Position numbers and translations under genes: made by a program. A DNA stretch of 63,442 nt, the filler included, from Vannella sp. (Eukaryota): NCBI GenBank assembly GCA_023345925.1. It is 6 parts of 6 records of this genome, joined end to end, with 100 filler letters (N's around TTAATTAATTAA, not from the genome) between each part and the next. Parts side by side here need not be neighbours in the genome. Positions count along the whole stretch, not along the records: positions 1 to 18,682 come from JAJQQN010000679.1; 5 more parts are not named here. The stretch is one strand, 5' to 3'. Below, one piece after another: positions 1 to 11,400 of the stretch. The notes below the pieces were generated by a model, which worked only from the letters and a program-made list of their open reading frames with translations, was not told where the DNA came from and searched no databases. Every line of letters begins with the position of its first letter. Positions within the stretch are counted from its first letter, which is position 1.

Positions 1-148
1 TGGCCAGGAATGGTCTTCTCCAGTCAATAGAAAAAGGCAACGTTCCTGAAACCATGTCCTTCGTGTACAAGATTACCAGCTAACCCACATTATTGAGGAT
101 TTTTCTGGTTCGCGCGAACTGTTTTCACTTTTTTCTTGCTTGTGGGTG

Positions 149-1114
149 ATGCGCACCTTCTTGCTGATTGCGCTGTGCTTTGCCTTTGTGCTTGCTCAGC
201 AGGAGAGAACCGCTGGTAAGAGAGCAACTTGGGTTCCTACATCCTGGGGAGACGGTTCTGCTGCCTCTGCCGACAGCACTTTCGCTACCTTCAAGAGCCA
301 AGGTGTCAACCGTGTGTACATCGACGTGTGGAACAACGGTAAGACCTACTTCAACTCCTCTACCATGTATGCTTTGATTGGCAACGCTGGTATCGGCTCC
401 AACCAACTCAAGTGGGGAGCTGATGCTGCTTCCAAGTACGGCATCGAGCTCTTCGCCTGGTTCGAGTACGGCCTCATGGCTTCGTACGGTGGACCAACCA
501 GCAACGCCTTCGCTCAGAAAGCCAACTCTCTTGGCTGGGTCTCTGGACAGGCCGATGGCTTCACTTGGATGAACCCCAGCAACCAGCAAGTAATCAACTT
601 CATTGGCGGTATCCTGGTCGATGCCATGCGAGCAGAGCCCCGTCTTAAAGGCGTTCAACTTGACGATCACTTTGCTGCCCCTTCAAGCATCGCCGGCTCC
701 AGCGTGTCTGCCATGACCAACTGTGCCCAAAAGGTCCGAGGTATCTTCCGAGCATCTTCCTCTGGATTGCTGTCTCTTGCTCCCAACCCTCTCTCGACTT
801 CGATCAGCAAGTACAACGTGGACTGGAAGGCTTGGGCCAACCAAGGCCTCTTCTCCGAGTACGCTCCTCAGCTCTACACTGCCTCGTCCTCTACTTTCCA
901 GTCTCTGTTGACCAGCACCCTCAACGACATCCCTGCCAGCATCCACCCTTACATGTTGGCTGGTATTCGCTGCAACGGCGCTGGCGCTGCCACTAGCTGG
1001 GACAGCTTGTCTTCTCAGATCAACTACACAACCCAGAAGGGCGTTGGAGTCGCTGTTTGGTATGGACAGTGCATCAACGAGCTCTACCGCAGCCAGTTCG
1101 CTGCCCTTTGGTGA
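149..1114 (+). CDS. Secreted glycosyl hydrolase-like 10 (GHL10/DUF187, YddW/DigH-like) TIM-barrel protein
   Basis: Intronless ORF, ATG at 149, signal peptide MRTFLLIALCFAFVLA; motifs RATW, GVNRVYIDVWNNGKTYF, ELFAWFEYG, WMNP, GVQLDDHF, PQLY typical of GHL10. Confidence 0.75.
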   Translation: MRTFLLIALCFAFVLAQQERTAGKRATWVPTSWGDGSAASADSTFATFKSQGVNRVYIDVWNNGKTYFNSSTMYALIGNAGIGSNQLKWGADAASKYGIELFAWFEYGLMASYGGPTSNAFAQKANSLGWVSGQADGFTWMNPSNQQVINFIGGILVDAMRAEPRLKGVQLDDHFAAPSSIAGSSVSAMTNCAQKVRGIFRASSSGLLSLAPNPLSTSISKYNVDWKAWANQGLFSEYAPQLYTASSSTFQSLLTSTLNDIPASIHPYMLAGIRCNGAGAATSWDSLSSQINYTTQKGVGVAVWYGQCINELYRSQFAALW

Positions 1115-1183
1115 GCTCTGTGAGTGAGCGTGCAAATACAGTCATAGTACTCTTATTAGTCACTGGAGAGTGATTGGGCGCTG

Positions 1184-2212
1184 TTACATGGACGATCGGA
1201 GGTGGAGAAGGTGTTGTGCCAGCTTGTGCCCGCTCATGAAGGCGCCTTCGACCTTGCCTTGATTGCACCAGTCTCCAATAACGCCTATGTATCCTTTTTC
1301 ATCCCACAGGAAGCCTGGATCTGACAGGGGAGAGGGTGCCATCGAGAAGCGCCATCGGTGGGCGATAGCTTCGACGATGGAAGCGTTCTTTGGGTCGATC
1401 TGCACTAGTTGGAAGAACTCTTTTGTAAGAGTTTCACGAACAGCTTCAAGAGAGTCCTCCAGATGCTCCTTACTCCACACAGGGCTGGCATGAAGAAGCC
1501 ATGTCTCTTTAGAGCCTCCTCGCTGCGGTTTGGCACTGTTTCTAGCCAACCAAGAGAGTGCGCCATAGTTGACGAAGGCGCTTTCCATATCCAAGCCTAA
1601 AGGCTCTTCTAGCGTGATGGAGACGGCCCAGCAAGGGTTCATTTCGGTCTCCTTCGTTGTGTTGTAGATTCCGCTTCCTTTTGGCAAGAAGGCGAGTGCT
1701 TGTTGAGGCGGGGTGTTGACTATGAGGTAATCAAATGCTCCCAGAGTCTCCTTGTCAGTGGAAAGTACCCACTCGAGAGCTCCATCTTTCTCCCTCCTTA
1801 CAGCAGAGGTTACGAGCTGCTCATAGTGGATAGAAGCTCTCGAAGAGAGCTGTTCTTCCAAGTCTCTTCCAATGGCTGTCATCCGAGGAGTCCCCACGAA
1901 GCGGGGAACTTCGTGTCTGACATCAGAGAAGACTCCGGGCTGATCAATGACCTTTGGAGTGTGATCCCACAGTGCAGCTACACCACGTTCCTTCCAGTCC
2001 TCCACTTGTGCCTTGAACTCGGGTTCCCTGCAAGTAAAGTACTGCGCGCCAAAGTCGACGGCTCCGTAAGCCGAGCGTTTGCTTGCCAGTCGTCCTCCTG
2101 GACCTCTTGACTTGTCAAACATAGTCACAGCCATCCCTGCATCAGACAACACTCTGCCAGCTGCCAAACCAGCCAATCCGCAACCGATAATCGCCACCCT
2201 TCCCCGCTCCAT
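1184..2212 (-). CDS. Renalase-like FAD/NAD(P)-dependent oxidoreductase (COG3380 type)
   Basis: GCGLAG Rossmann motif, DKSRGPGGRLASKR, DFGAQYFT, AHRWRFS, GDWCNQGKVEGAFMSG; likely ATG at 2212. Confidence 0.85.
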   Translation of the reverse strand: MERGRVAIIGCGLAGLAAGRVLSDAGMAVTMFDKSRGPGGRLASKRSAYGAVDFGAQYFTCREPEFKAQVEDWKERGVAALWDHTPKVIDQPGVFSDVRHEVPRFVGTPRMTAIGRDLEEQLSSRASIHYEQLVTSAVRREKDGALEWVLSTDKETLGAFDYLIVNTPPQQALAFLPKGSGIYNTTKETEMNPCWAVSITLEEPLGLDMESAFVNYGALSWLARNSAKPQRGGSKETWLLHASPVWSKEHLEDSLEAVRETLTKEFFQLVQIDPKNASIVEAIAHRWRFSMAPSPLSDPGFLWDEKGYIGVIGDWCNQGKVEGAFMSGHKLAQHLLHLRSSM

Positions 2213-2374
2213 CCCAAAAGCAAATGAGAAACCTTCCTTGCTGCCGCACGAAGGCCTTCTTTCACCTGTCACAGTAGAGCAGCAGCAAGAGTAACTGCTT
2301 AAACTTGAGGGAATGCCGGAATCCGAGCGAAGAAGCCGGAAAAGGGACTTTTGGGAAAAGAGAAGCCAAAAAGA

Positions 2375-4693
2375 CTATTCTTTACTTCGATAGTCGCCAT
2401 CCTCCCTCTCTAGTTGGTCTTCTCTTACTTTTTGCTCAAGGAAAGTGCGAAGCTCTCCTGGAGAGGCGCGGTATTCTTCTCGCATGAGAGTGGAGAGCAT
2501 AAAGTGGATCCGGTCAACGCCCATTGGGCCCTGGTTTGACAGACAAGCGTTGATGAAGTTGAAAGCTAGAGCCCACATGGCAGCTTGTCCATCATCTGGA
2601 TTGGAAGAAGGCCCATCTTCTTCGTCCTCCATGGCAGGTGCGAAGGTCCGATTTGGTTCTTGTTTCAAGTCATTCAGGCAGAAGATCCCATTTCCCTTTG
2701 CTTGGAGGACTCCTTGTCCAGTCCAAAATGTAATACGCCGGCGTAAAGCTTCTGCTGGAATGCCAGTAACGCTGCTAAGGTCCGGAAGGCTCCATTGGGA
2801 CTGGCTTTGGAAATGAAAGAGAATCGTTGCCTGCGCGGGAGTGACACTTATTTCCCGAGTCTCACCGTACAACTCTATTTCCAGGATGGCAGTGCCCATA
2901 GCAGGCATCCACTCAAGCTTCCGATCTCGTTTGATTGCCCGGAAACCTTTTTGAAACTCTTCAAGAGCTTCTTTGATGGGACCGGGCAGTTGAAGGGTAT
3001 CCTCTTTGAATCCTGGCCAGAAGAGATGAGAGACAATCATTGCCTTAGTGACTGCAGCGGTCTCTTGTTCTCCATGAACCAACTTGTTCATGCGTTTGGA
3101 GTAAGAGACATCCTTAATCATTATCTCACAGTAAGTGAGACTGGCTTCTCCAAATCTGAGCTTAAGCAGCTCGATAATTCGTGTCTGCTCACGTTCAGGC
3201 ACAAAAATGGAGCATTTAACGGGCTCATTACCTCCTTATCTACTGCAAAGTCGGTGCTTTGGAGGAGCCTTTCGGCCAACATGGTGCGGTATTCTGCCAC
3301 AAAGAGATCCTTGTTCCCAAAGATGCTAACTAAATGACCAAAGATGTCTTTCGGGGCGACAGAAGACTCAATTTCCTCCCCTTTGAAAGAGTGAGCAGGA
3401 AAAGAGAGCCTTTGTGGACGACCAACCTCTAGTCCGTCTTGATAAACAATGGGAAGGAGATGATTTCCACTCATCACTTGCAATTGCTGACTTTGTAAAC
3501 GTCCCAGAGGCAGTCAGCTCTTGGTACAAGTCTGAGGTCTCATCTGTCAACATAGCAACAGCGCACCGAATTGTGTCTTCTCTGCGCCTTAGATATTCTC
3601 TTATAGGTTGACATATCGCATCTAGAATAGGTGCAGCAAGATTTAGAACCTCCAAAGCGCGAATTGTGTTCACAAATTGCACAACAATGTCACTTGTGTT
3701 CGCTCCAGGATGTAAGAGGCGCTTCTTGAAGCTGTATGGAGGCTTTCTTAGGACTTAAGATCAACAGATATGCACTTACGAAGCAGTCAGAGAGCTAATC
3801 AGGAGATCTACTTGGTTTGTTCGGAGAAGACATTCCCGTAAGTCTTCCAGAGCCGGAGTACTATCTGGGAAGTCAATGATGATGTCAAATAGCTCACTAA
3901 CACGGAGGCTAGCGAAAACTTCATGGAGGTAGAACACCAAGCGAGTGCACAAAGAACTGAAGACGGATTCAAAGTGAAGTTCTTCTTGTGCTGGTTCCAG
4001 AACCTTTCTCAGCCAAGAAAAAGCAAAGCCCGCTAACCAAAGATTCACTTGTTTGAGTCTGCCACTCTCAAAGGAGTCGCTGGAGCAGCTGGAGGGCCAA
4101 TAAATGAGTTCCTCTGACTGACAAAGGTTTTGAACATACCGGCATCGTGAGTTGATGAGCAGCTCCATCTCAACACTACAGACTTGATGTAAGATAGGTT
4201 CACAAAGTAAGAGGATCTCCAGGGCCCCTAATGAGCGGCACAAGCTAATGAGAGCTTCGTCACCTGCCGACTGGCAAGTTTCCTCTTTCTTTCCCTCTTC
4301 CTCGTCCTCGCCCGCTTCCTCCTCTTCTTCTATGTCCTCTTCGACAAGGGAAGGTAACTCTCGGCGGGTATAGCTGACAGAGGCAGCTGCAAAGTGCAAT
4401 CGGAAGGCGCTGAAGAGAGAACATTGGAAGCTTGTCGGCGCAAGAGCGAACAGCTCCGTCTGAAGGATCCTCTTCAACTCCACACTGCTCTGCTCCTTCC
4501 TTACCGCCTTAACCAAAGGGGACTCGGCCACTTCAGCAGCCACCACACCAAGTTGTGAGGACAACTTGACCCCTGACTTCTCTTCCACAGCCTGACTTCC
4601 TTCCACTTCTCTCCATAAACAGACTGCTATGCCTTGAATGAACGCTCGTACATCCCTCTTCCACATCGGCACAACCAATCGCGGCACACCCAT
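2375..4693 (-). CDS. ANAPC2: Anaphase-promoting complex subunit 2 (cullin-like), multi-exon
   Basis: ELFDIIIDFPDSTPALEDLRECL, RLLHPGANT, EYLRRREDTIRC, LVSIFGNKDLFVAEYRTMLAERLL, ELLKLRFGE, C-terminal winged helix; ORF pieces joined by short GT-AG introns. Confidence 0.9.
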
Positions 4694-4925
4694 TTGGCGT
4701 ATCCGAAATGGCGGGAAATCTCAGAACAGATCGAAAGGGTCAGCCTTGTGGGAGAATCAAATTATTAGCGTACAACGGTTGCTGAATCATTCCATCACCA
4801 ACCGCAATAAAAGGCAGACTAATTTCAGAAAAGTTCCAGGAATATTTTTAAACATTCTTGGAAATGGGTTTATTCTCCGTTTTTGCTGGATTTTTGGCGG
4901 TTGGGGCATTTGATTGCACCCAAAC

Positions 4926-6103
4926 ATGGCAGACGCCTTTGCTGTGTTGATGAAAGCTTCTAGGACTCCTCCCAAGACAAAGAGCCCGGAGAAGAGCAAG
5001 AAGAAGAAGTGGTGAGTGGCTGGAACGGTCGGTTTGGTGGGTTCGCGTGACGATTTGGGCCTTTTTAGTGAACCGAGAGGTGCCTTGGAAGAGTCGCATA
5101 AGGAAGCTATTCGTCAGTCACTGGTCATTCCTTACGAGACAATGAAGAGTCGGAGTGAGTTCGAGCAGTTCTACCAAGGGACAATGGCGCCTTTCCTCCT
5201 CAACCAAGTCGAACTGATCGCCAACGGCGAGCGCTTCCTCATCAAAGAGATCGAGTTCTACTTCACTTCAACGGCACACCCAGACCCTTTCACTCACTGC
5301 CAAACGATCCAAGAGTCCTCTCTTCTTTGGTACTTTCACAGGAGCGGCAAAAGCTACAAATCAGGGTGCGTTTGTGCCTTCCTCGTGCGTTACGACTAGT
5401 TTTTGACGATTCCATCTTTAGAACCTACAAAGGGCTTGATGTTTCCATCGGCCGAGGCTCTGACGCTCCAGGAGGAATCCTTATTCGCACTCTGGAGAAT
5501 CTATCGACCGGAGCGATCATCTGCGGGCCCTGTAACTGCGTTGATCACTTGCTCAAGATCTGTGGTGCGTCTAGTATCAACGAACTGGTCGATACCCTCA
5601 TGGGAGAAGACATTTCTGTGTTCGGGAGTGGAGGGAACCATCTTTATTTGTTCCCTTTGGATGCTCCTCGCTCAGACGAAATCATCCACACGGGTAGGGT
5701 TGGCCTTTACATGACCAAGACAAGTGTTTCGGTTGATAAGCAAGCCGAGTACGTCTTCCGGAACTACCGTTCTGTTGCTGAGCCCCCAAAAGTGTCCAAG
5801 GGGAGGCATTTGATGGCTTTGGCACTCCGCCGCGATGGCAAAAATGCAAGCCAGATCTCTGCTGTGACTGGTATCAAACCAAACATTGTCCAACGCTACA
5901 TTGATGGCTATCAGGAGGGCTACAAGCGGGCCGATGATATTTCCCGTTTTGCCGGAAAACGCATCTCCGATGGTTTAGCTTGCGAATGCTACGGCGCTAT
6001 TGTTGCTCATGAAGAAAGTCTTGCTGCAGTAGACGGCGAGGAGCAACCTGACGTAGAACCTGAGGAAGAGAGCGACGAAGCTTCCGTCCAAGAAGAGGAC
6101 TGA
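4926..6103 (+). CDS. Methylpurine-DNA glycosylase (MPG/AAG)-fold-like protein with C-terminal HTH-like segment, multi-exon
   Basis: EIEFYF, HPDPFTH, WYFHR, TYKGLD, GGILIR, GPC, GRVGL motifs; exon 1 MADAFAVLMK...KKKK from 4926, introns near 5012 and 5366. Confidence 0.6.
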
Positions 6104-6244
6104 ATCTCACCTGTGTCCTCTGCCAGGTGTCTCAAAACAAAGAACGTTGAAACTTAAATAAACGGAATTGGACAAACGATTCAAACAGAGCAGAAGAGGA
6201 GAGAGTCTGATTGGAAGGTCTATATTCACGCGGATTAGCATTTC

Positions 6245-7840
6245 TTACACTCTGGCATTGATATGCACATTCCAATCCTCCTGCATTTTCTCGTACTCTT
6301 CTCGGACTCTCCCAATCCATTCGTTTAACCACGTGGAGTACTTATCGGGATCATCACTTGGCTCCATTGGAGTCAGATCGACTGTTTCGTACCATACTCG
6401 AAGATTAGTTGATGATCTGTCCCCAAGGATACGAAGTGCCTCTGAATAGTGACAATCTGACTCGGAATAATCATAGGGATCCTGTTGTAGCACTCGCGCT
6501 AACGAAAGTTTGGCACTGGCCACATGAACCGGTTCTTTGGCTTCTTCAAAGAGTTGGATACTTCGGCAGAGGCTTCTCTTAACCTCTTTCTGTATCTTTG
6601 CCTTTTCCTCAGGCCCTCTGTTTGAGCAATATTCTAAAGTAGTGCCATACCTCAGATACATCATAGCAAGTTGATGCGTCTGATTTGATTCAGTGGGTTC
6701 GAGAGCTATCGCATACTCTTCGATTTTACGTTTGACCTCATCGATTACGCCAGACTCTTGATATGACGAAAGCGTGGCCTGTAGCTTCAACATTGGAGTG
6801 ATGAGGGACTCTGGATGCTTCAACATTGGAGTGATGAGGGTCTCTGGATTGTGTTGGCGAGACCGGATGATGCGCAAAGCCTTATTACAATGTTCTACGC
6901 AAGAGTTTAGGGATTTCCCCCTGTCCTTTGCTTCCTCTGTCCTCGACCTCAAGAAGTAGAAGCGAGCAAAGTTCAAGTGAAGGTACGCAGTCCGAGAGTC
7001 CTCTATTTCAAGCGAGGTTGTGCAGTCCGTACTTCTTTTTCTCGACTCCCCCTTAAAGATGTCGAGGCTTTGTTTCAAAAGTACTAGGATCTCGTGCATA
7101 CTCGAGTCATTCACCAGGTTCTCTTGATGGGCAATTTCTTCCTGTTGATCCAAAAGATTAGAGCCCAGGTTATTGAGTATCGAAGCGAAAGCTTCATCCT
7201 GGGGTTCAATTCCTTTTAGACCTTCTCTTGCTTCCTTGTATTTCTCGATGGCACTTGGCCACTCTCTCATCGCTGAGTGGGCATTACCGATACTAGAAAG
7301 GCAATGATACCTAAGACGTTCGTCTGGATGATCCTGTAAGAGATTAAAGGCATTTTTGAACAATTGAAGAGCCTTTTTGAGATCCTGTTCGGGGTTCTGC
7401 TCATGAAGGGCCAGGTTCCCTTGGTTGTTCAGGATCGTAGCTCCTAGATTGACAGCCAACTCTTCATTGGTTTCTTTGACATAGCGGAGCTGCCTATAAG
7501 CGTGGTCATAGCTCGCTGCAGCTTCGGTGAACATGTGAAGTCCAGCCTGAGCCTGGCCCGTGTAGTTGAAGAGTGCGGCAGCAAGAGCAAAGTTACTCCC
7601 CAAACTTTCCAAAACTCTTTTGAAGTAGACGAGAGCTTGCGGGAAGAAGCCCATCGCCAAGTGGGCGCGCCCGAGATAAAAAGTGGTCACTTCCCAATGG
7701 TCGTCGGTTCTGTCCATCTTCTTCACCTCCATCTCCATCCCAGCAGCCTTCAAACGCAAGTAGGCTTCTTCGAGCTTGTCCTCGTTGCAGAGGGTCCAGA
7801 GTTCTCTCAGTTCCCGCTTCAGCTCCTCCATCGCAAACAA
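6245..7840 (-). CDS. Tetratricopeptide-repeat (TPR) protein, intronless
   Basis: Repeated helical motifs YLGRAH..GFFPQALVYFKR, LNNQGNL, LSSIGNAH..WPSAIEKY, LNNLGSNL. Confidence 0.7.
   Translation of the reverse strand: MFAMEELKRELRELWTLCNEDKLEEAYLRLKAAGMEMEVKKMDRTDDHWEVTTFYLGRAHLAMGFFPQALVYFKRVLESLGSNFALAAALFNYTGQAQAGLHMFTEAAASYDHAYRQLRYVKETNEELAVNLGATILNNQGNLALHEQNPEQDLKKALQLFKNAFNLLQDHPDERLRYHCLSSIGNAHSAMREWPSAIEKYKEAREGLKGIEPQDEAFASILNNLGSNLLDQQEEIAHQENLVNDSSMHEILVLLKQSLDIFKGESRKRSTDCTTSLEIEDSRTAYLHLNFARFYFLRSRTEEAKDRGKSLNSCVEHCNKALRIIRSRQHNPETLITPMLKHPESLITPMLKLQATLSSYQESGVIDEVKRKIEEYAIALEPTESNQTHQLAMMYLRYGTTLEYCSNRGPEEKAKIQKEVKRSLCRSIQLFEEAKEPVHVASAKLSLARVLQQDPYDYSESDCHYSEALRILGDRSSTNLRVWYETVDLTPMEPSDDPDKYSTWLNEWIGRVREEYEKMQEDWNVHINARV
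6784..6849. repeat. 33-bp in-frame tandem duplication inside the TPR gene
   Basis: gcttcaacattggagtgatgaggg(a/t)ctctggat twice, one mismatch; encodes PE(T/S)LITPMLK twice. Confidence 0.9.
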
Positions 7841-7940
7841 AATGATTTATTGCACCTTTGATTTTATCAGAAATACATTGTCCTCCACATCTGAATGATA
7901 TTTAAATGTTCAGTTAATCAGTTTCCAGATAAAATGAGTG

Positions 7941-8032
7941 AGGGGGAAGAGGGGGCAGAACTCTTGTTTGCGTAGCTTGTCCTGATGACCTTCATCACTT
8001 CAGGATAAGCTTTTGAACTGATTTCATTTTTT
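7941..8032. repeat. Dispersed repeat copy A with internal palindrome
   Basis: Aligns by eye with 18986-19077; contains AGCTTGTCCTGA-N14-TCAGGATAAGCT followed by a T-run. Confidence 0.8.
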
Positions 8033-8455
8033 GACTCTTTACTAGGTAAACCAAGCTGAGGGGAAAGTCTGGCCTCCGCTCGTAAAGCGACTCGGCACCT
8101 TTACCAATGAACATTTAGTTGGGGCGCTCATGAAACATTTGCATTTGTTGACCTTCCAGGGTTCGTCCTCCTTTGCCAGCAGCCTTCAGCCCTCTGGCGC
8201 GTGATGCGCTGTGCAGGGTGATCAGGGATCGAACATTGACCCAACGGTCTTGAGCGAGTGAAAACTGAGCAAACGTGCTCAGTCAGGACTCTCAGCAGGT
8301 CTGGCTAGTCTCCTGTCCTCGGAATCACTCTCGGCAGCTCACTCCTTGAATCCACGAGCCAAGGGGAAGAAGGTTCCAAAACACCAATAAATTGTGCTTG
8401 GACAAGCCTTGGACTCAAATGAATCGGATCAAACTCACTTTTTTGTTGGACCGAG

Positions 8456-11400
8456 ATGGCGGTAGCGAGACGCCCGCCTCCCGCTCGTAAAAGCAGTGAG
8501 TTGAGAGTGAAGAGTGAGAGATGAGCTGACAAGCTTTGAAAGGATTGATGCGTTCGGACAGCAAGGACGAAATGCGCGACAGCCTGTCGGAAGAGAACAA
8601 AGCTCATCTGGCTAATCTTCCGCTTCGCGGGACCATGTTGGCGTATTGCGTGAGAGACAATGAGCTTACCAATAACGCCCACCAAGGGGCTTTGGCTCAG
8701 TGCGTCTCCCCCTGTCAGACTTCCAGCTCCGCTTGGTTCTCACTTTCCTTAGCCTTCCCCCTGGCCTGTGTATTGGTGGGGCCGCGCTGGACTTTCTCAT
8801 CTACGCCCAGTCCTACTATCAGTCGGGTAAGAAGTCTGCTAAGAAGGCCAAGACAATGGACGCCCTCCTTGGCCATACGAAGAAGCTCTCCCAGTCCCTC
8901 CACCTCTTTGAGACCAAGGAACTGCAGAAGGCTGCGTTGGACCTCTTTGAGAGGATTCAGCAGTACACAGGAGAGGCAAAACGCACTGAGAAAGTGGTGG
9001 TCTCGCCGGATCACCAACTTCAAGCGCTTGTCGACTTCCTTTTGAAGTGCCCTGACCTCGGAGATGAGGCGTACTGCCTCATCTTCAAGCAAATGACGAA
9101 TAACCCAAGCGCGTACGTGTTTCTGTTTCAAATGGCGCTTTACTAACCCCTGGAAAGGGAGTGTCTGGAGAAGTTGGGGCACATCCTCTCCCTTTTGGCC
9201 ACGTTTGTCATGCCACGCAAGAAGCTCGCTCCTTATGCACTTAGCTGGGTGGAAAACAGAATGAAGAGCTCTCAGAAACTGCCTTGGTACACTTACCAGT
9301 GCCTGCAGAAGCTCATCAGCCGCAGCGAGCGCAGAAAGCAAGGTCCCAGTATCGCTGAGGTTGTTGCTATTCGAGTAAGTTCAGTGACTTGAGCACTTGA
9401 AGGTTGTCGGACTCACGCCAAGCCAGAGCGGCACCCCTTTGCTCTGTAGATTGCGCACGTTGGAAGGCACACAGAAGGCCATCTACATCGACTCCTTTAC
9501 AAGCATCCAGGAGACCATTCACTCCTTCTGTGAGCGCGTGGCCATCCCCTTCCGGTCACGAGACCTGTTCGCTCTCAATCTTTTGGGAGAAGATGACCGT
9601 TTGGGTGAGTCCCTTCCCTTGGGAGTCACACCTAGCAGCGTATCTCATACCTATCTCAGAGCCAGTCTTCGTGACGGGAGGATACACGGGAGACCTCCTT
9701 CGCATTATGGAACATTCCATTCCTGGCGAGGCCAAGCTCTGTATGGCTCAGTATCTGTTTATAGATCGTCGCACCCCTGTTCTGGAGGCTCAGAATTGTG
9801 CTCTGCTTTATGCACAGCTTCGTAGAGACATCCTTCGCGGCTATTTACCTGTCACAGAGGAGAGCGCCACCAAATTGGGTGCGTTTTGCGTTCATTACGA
9901 CCATGGAGACTATGTGGATCCTCCTAAGAAGTTCCTGGTCTCTGACTATTTGCCTCCTAAGCTGGTGAACTCTTATTCCCCGGCTGATTGGACCACAAAG
10001 CTGAACCAGGCCCATGCTGGTCTACTCGGGTTCTCTAAGGCGCAGTGCCAGCGACAGTACACCCATCTCTGCCAGACATTGCCATTCTACGGATGTTTGC
10101 TGGTAGAGGCTGAGCTCAACTTCATTGACTGGAAGCACGTTCCTGACCCATATGTGGCAGTGGTCATCCACGAGGACGGTTTGGAGGTTCACAACAGAGA
10201 CTTCTCGCAGCGATACATGAATTACTCTTACGCTGACTTGGCTCGCTGGCGATTAGATGGCCCAGCGAGCGCGGTAGAATTCACTATCGCTGGCCTCACC
10301 TCGGTTGTGTCTGTCAAGGCAACTCCAACAGATTGCATGTTCATTCTCCGTCACGTGCATGGCTATGTCAATGCTAGACTTGAACGATCTGGCTTCGCTG
10401 TTGCTCAAGCTGACCACCTTCCTGAAGAGACAGCCGAAAACGCTGATTTGCTCCGCTTCAAGCAAGGAGACATCATTCGCATTATTTCTCACAACCCTGG
10501 TAACGGTTGGGAGTTTGGAGTGATTGAGGAAAGACTTGGTAACTATCCCACCGCAATCATTAAGCACGCCACGAATCCGTTTGGCATCAAACCAAATAGT
10601 CTTGATGTGTTGAGTGTGAAAATCCGCGCAGTCACAGAGTACGTTCCGTTCCCTCTAGATCACCCACATGCAGATACTAACGAGCTCCAGTAACTTCCCT
10701 ATGAACGATGTGACTTTGCCTTTGATGGTTGACTTTGCAGAGCATCACTGCAGAGCAACCAAACTGGAGTCTGAATTTGTTATGGTGCTGTCAGAGCGGA
10801 TGATGTACTCCCACGTATGTTACTCTCGCCACTCTTCATCTATTCTTTCTAACGCATCATTAAGCTCACATTAATCCATCCTCTTTTGAAGATGGATGCT
10901 ACCCACACTAAGGCAGCTTTGGAGCTTAACTCCTTCCAGCATAGATACTCTTCCACACCTGTGGTCAAGCTGGCGGCGGATGCCTTGGCAAAGGCAGCGC
11001 CAGTGGAAATCTTGAGAGACGAGCTTTATTGCCAGGCGTTGAAGCAACTCATCGGAAATGGTTCCCACGATACCTTCCTGTACGCTTGGGAGTGGATGAC
11101 CATGTTATCGCTAGCCTTCACTCCTGCCAACCCTGCTTTGACGGAGGTGATCAAATCCTTTGCTGATAATCAGGGAAGTGAGGATCCTGATCCCAAAGTC
11201 GCCGCACTTGCTCGCCATTGCTCCCGTCAGCTATCTCGAAGAGCGGAATCGGGCTCTCGAGTTTGTATTCCTTCTCTCAGTGAGTTGGAAGGCGTCCAAC
11301 AGGGTGTCTTCTTGTATCCGATTAAGGTGCACGTGCTACTCAAGACCACTATGATCATGGTCGATTCATGCTCGACAGTGAACGAGATCATGGGGAAAAT

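Noticed and set aside
2375..4693. Apparent frameshifts or pseudogenisation in APC2 and other split genes
   Set aside because: Frame changes coincide with canonical short GT-AG introns
7975..8032. Hammerhead ribozyme, C/D snoRNA or SECIS reading of the dispersed element (CTGATGA...CTGA)
   Set aside because: No GAAA core for a hammerhead, C-to-D distance too short, CTGATGA mutated in copy B, SECIS-like stem not conserved and no selenoprotein upstream
8264..8283. Perfect hairpin ACTGAGCA-AACG-TGCTCAGT
   Set aside because: An isolated 8-bp stem is plausible by chance; no supporting context
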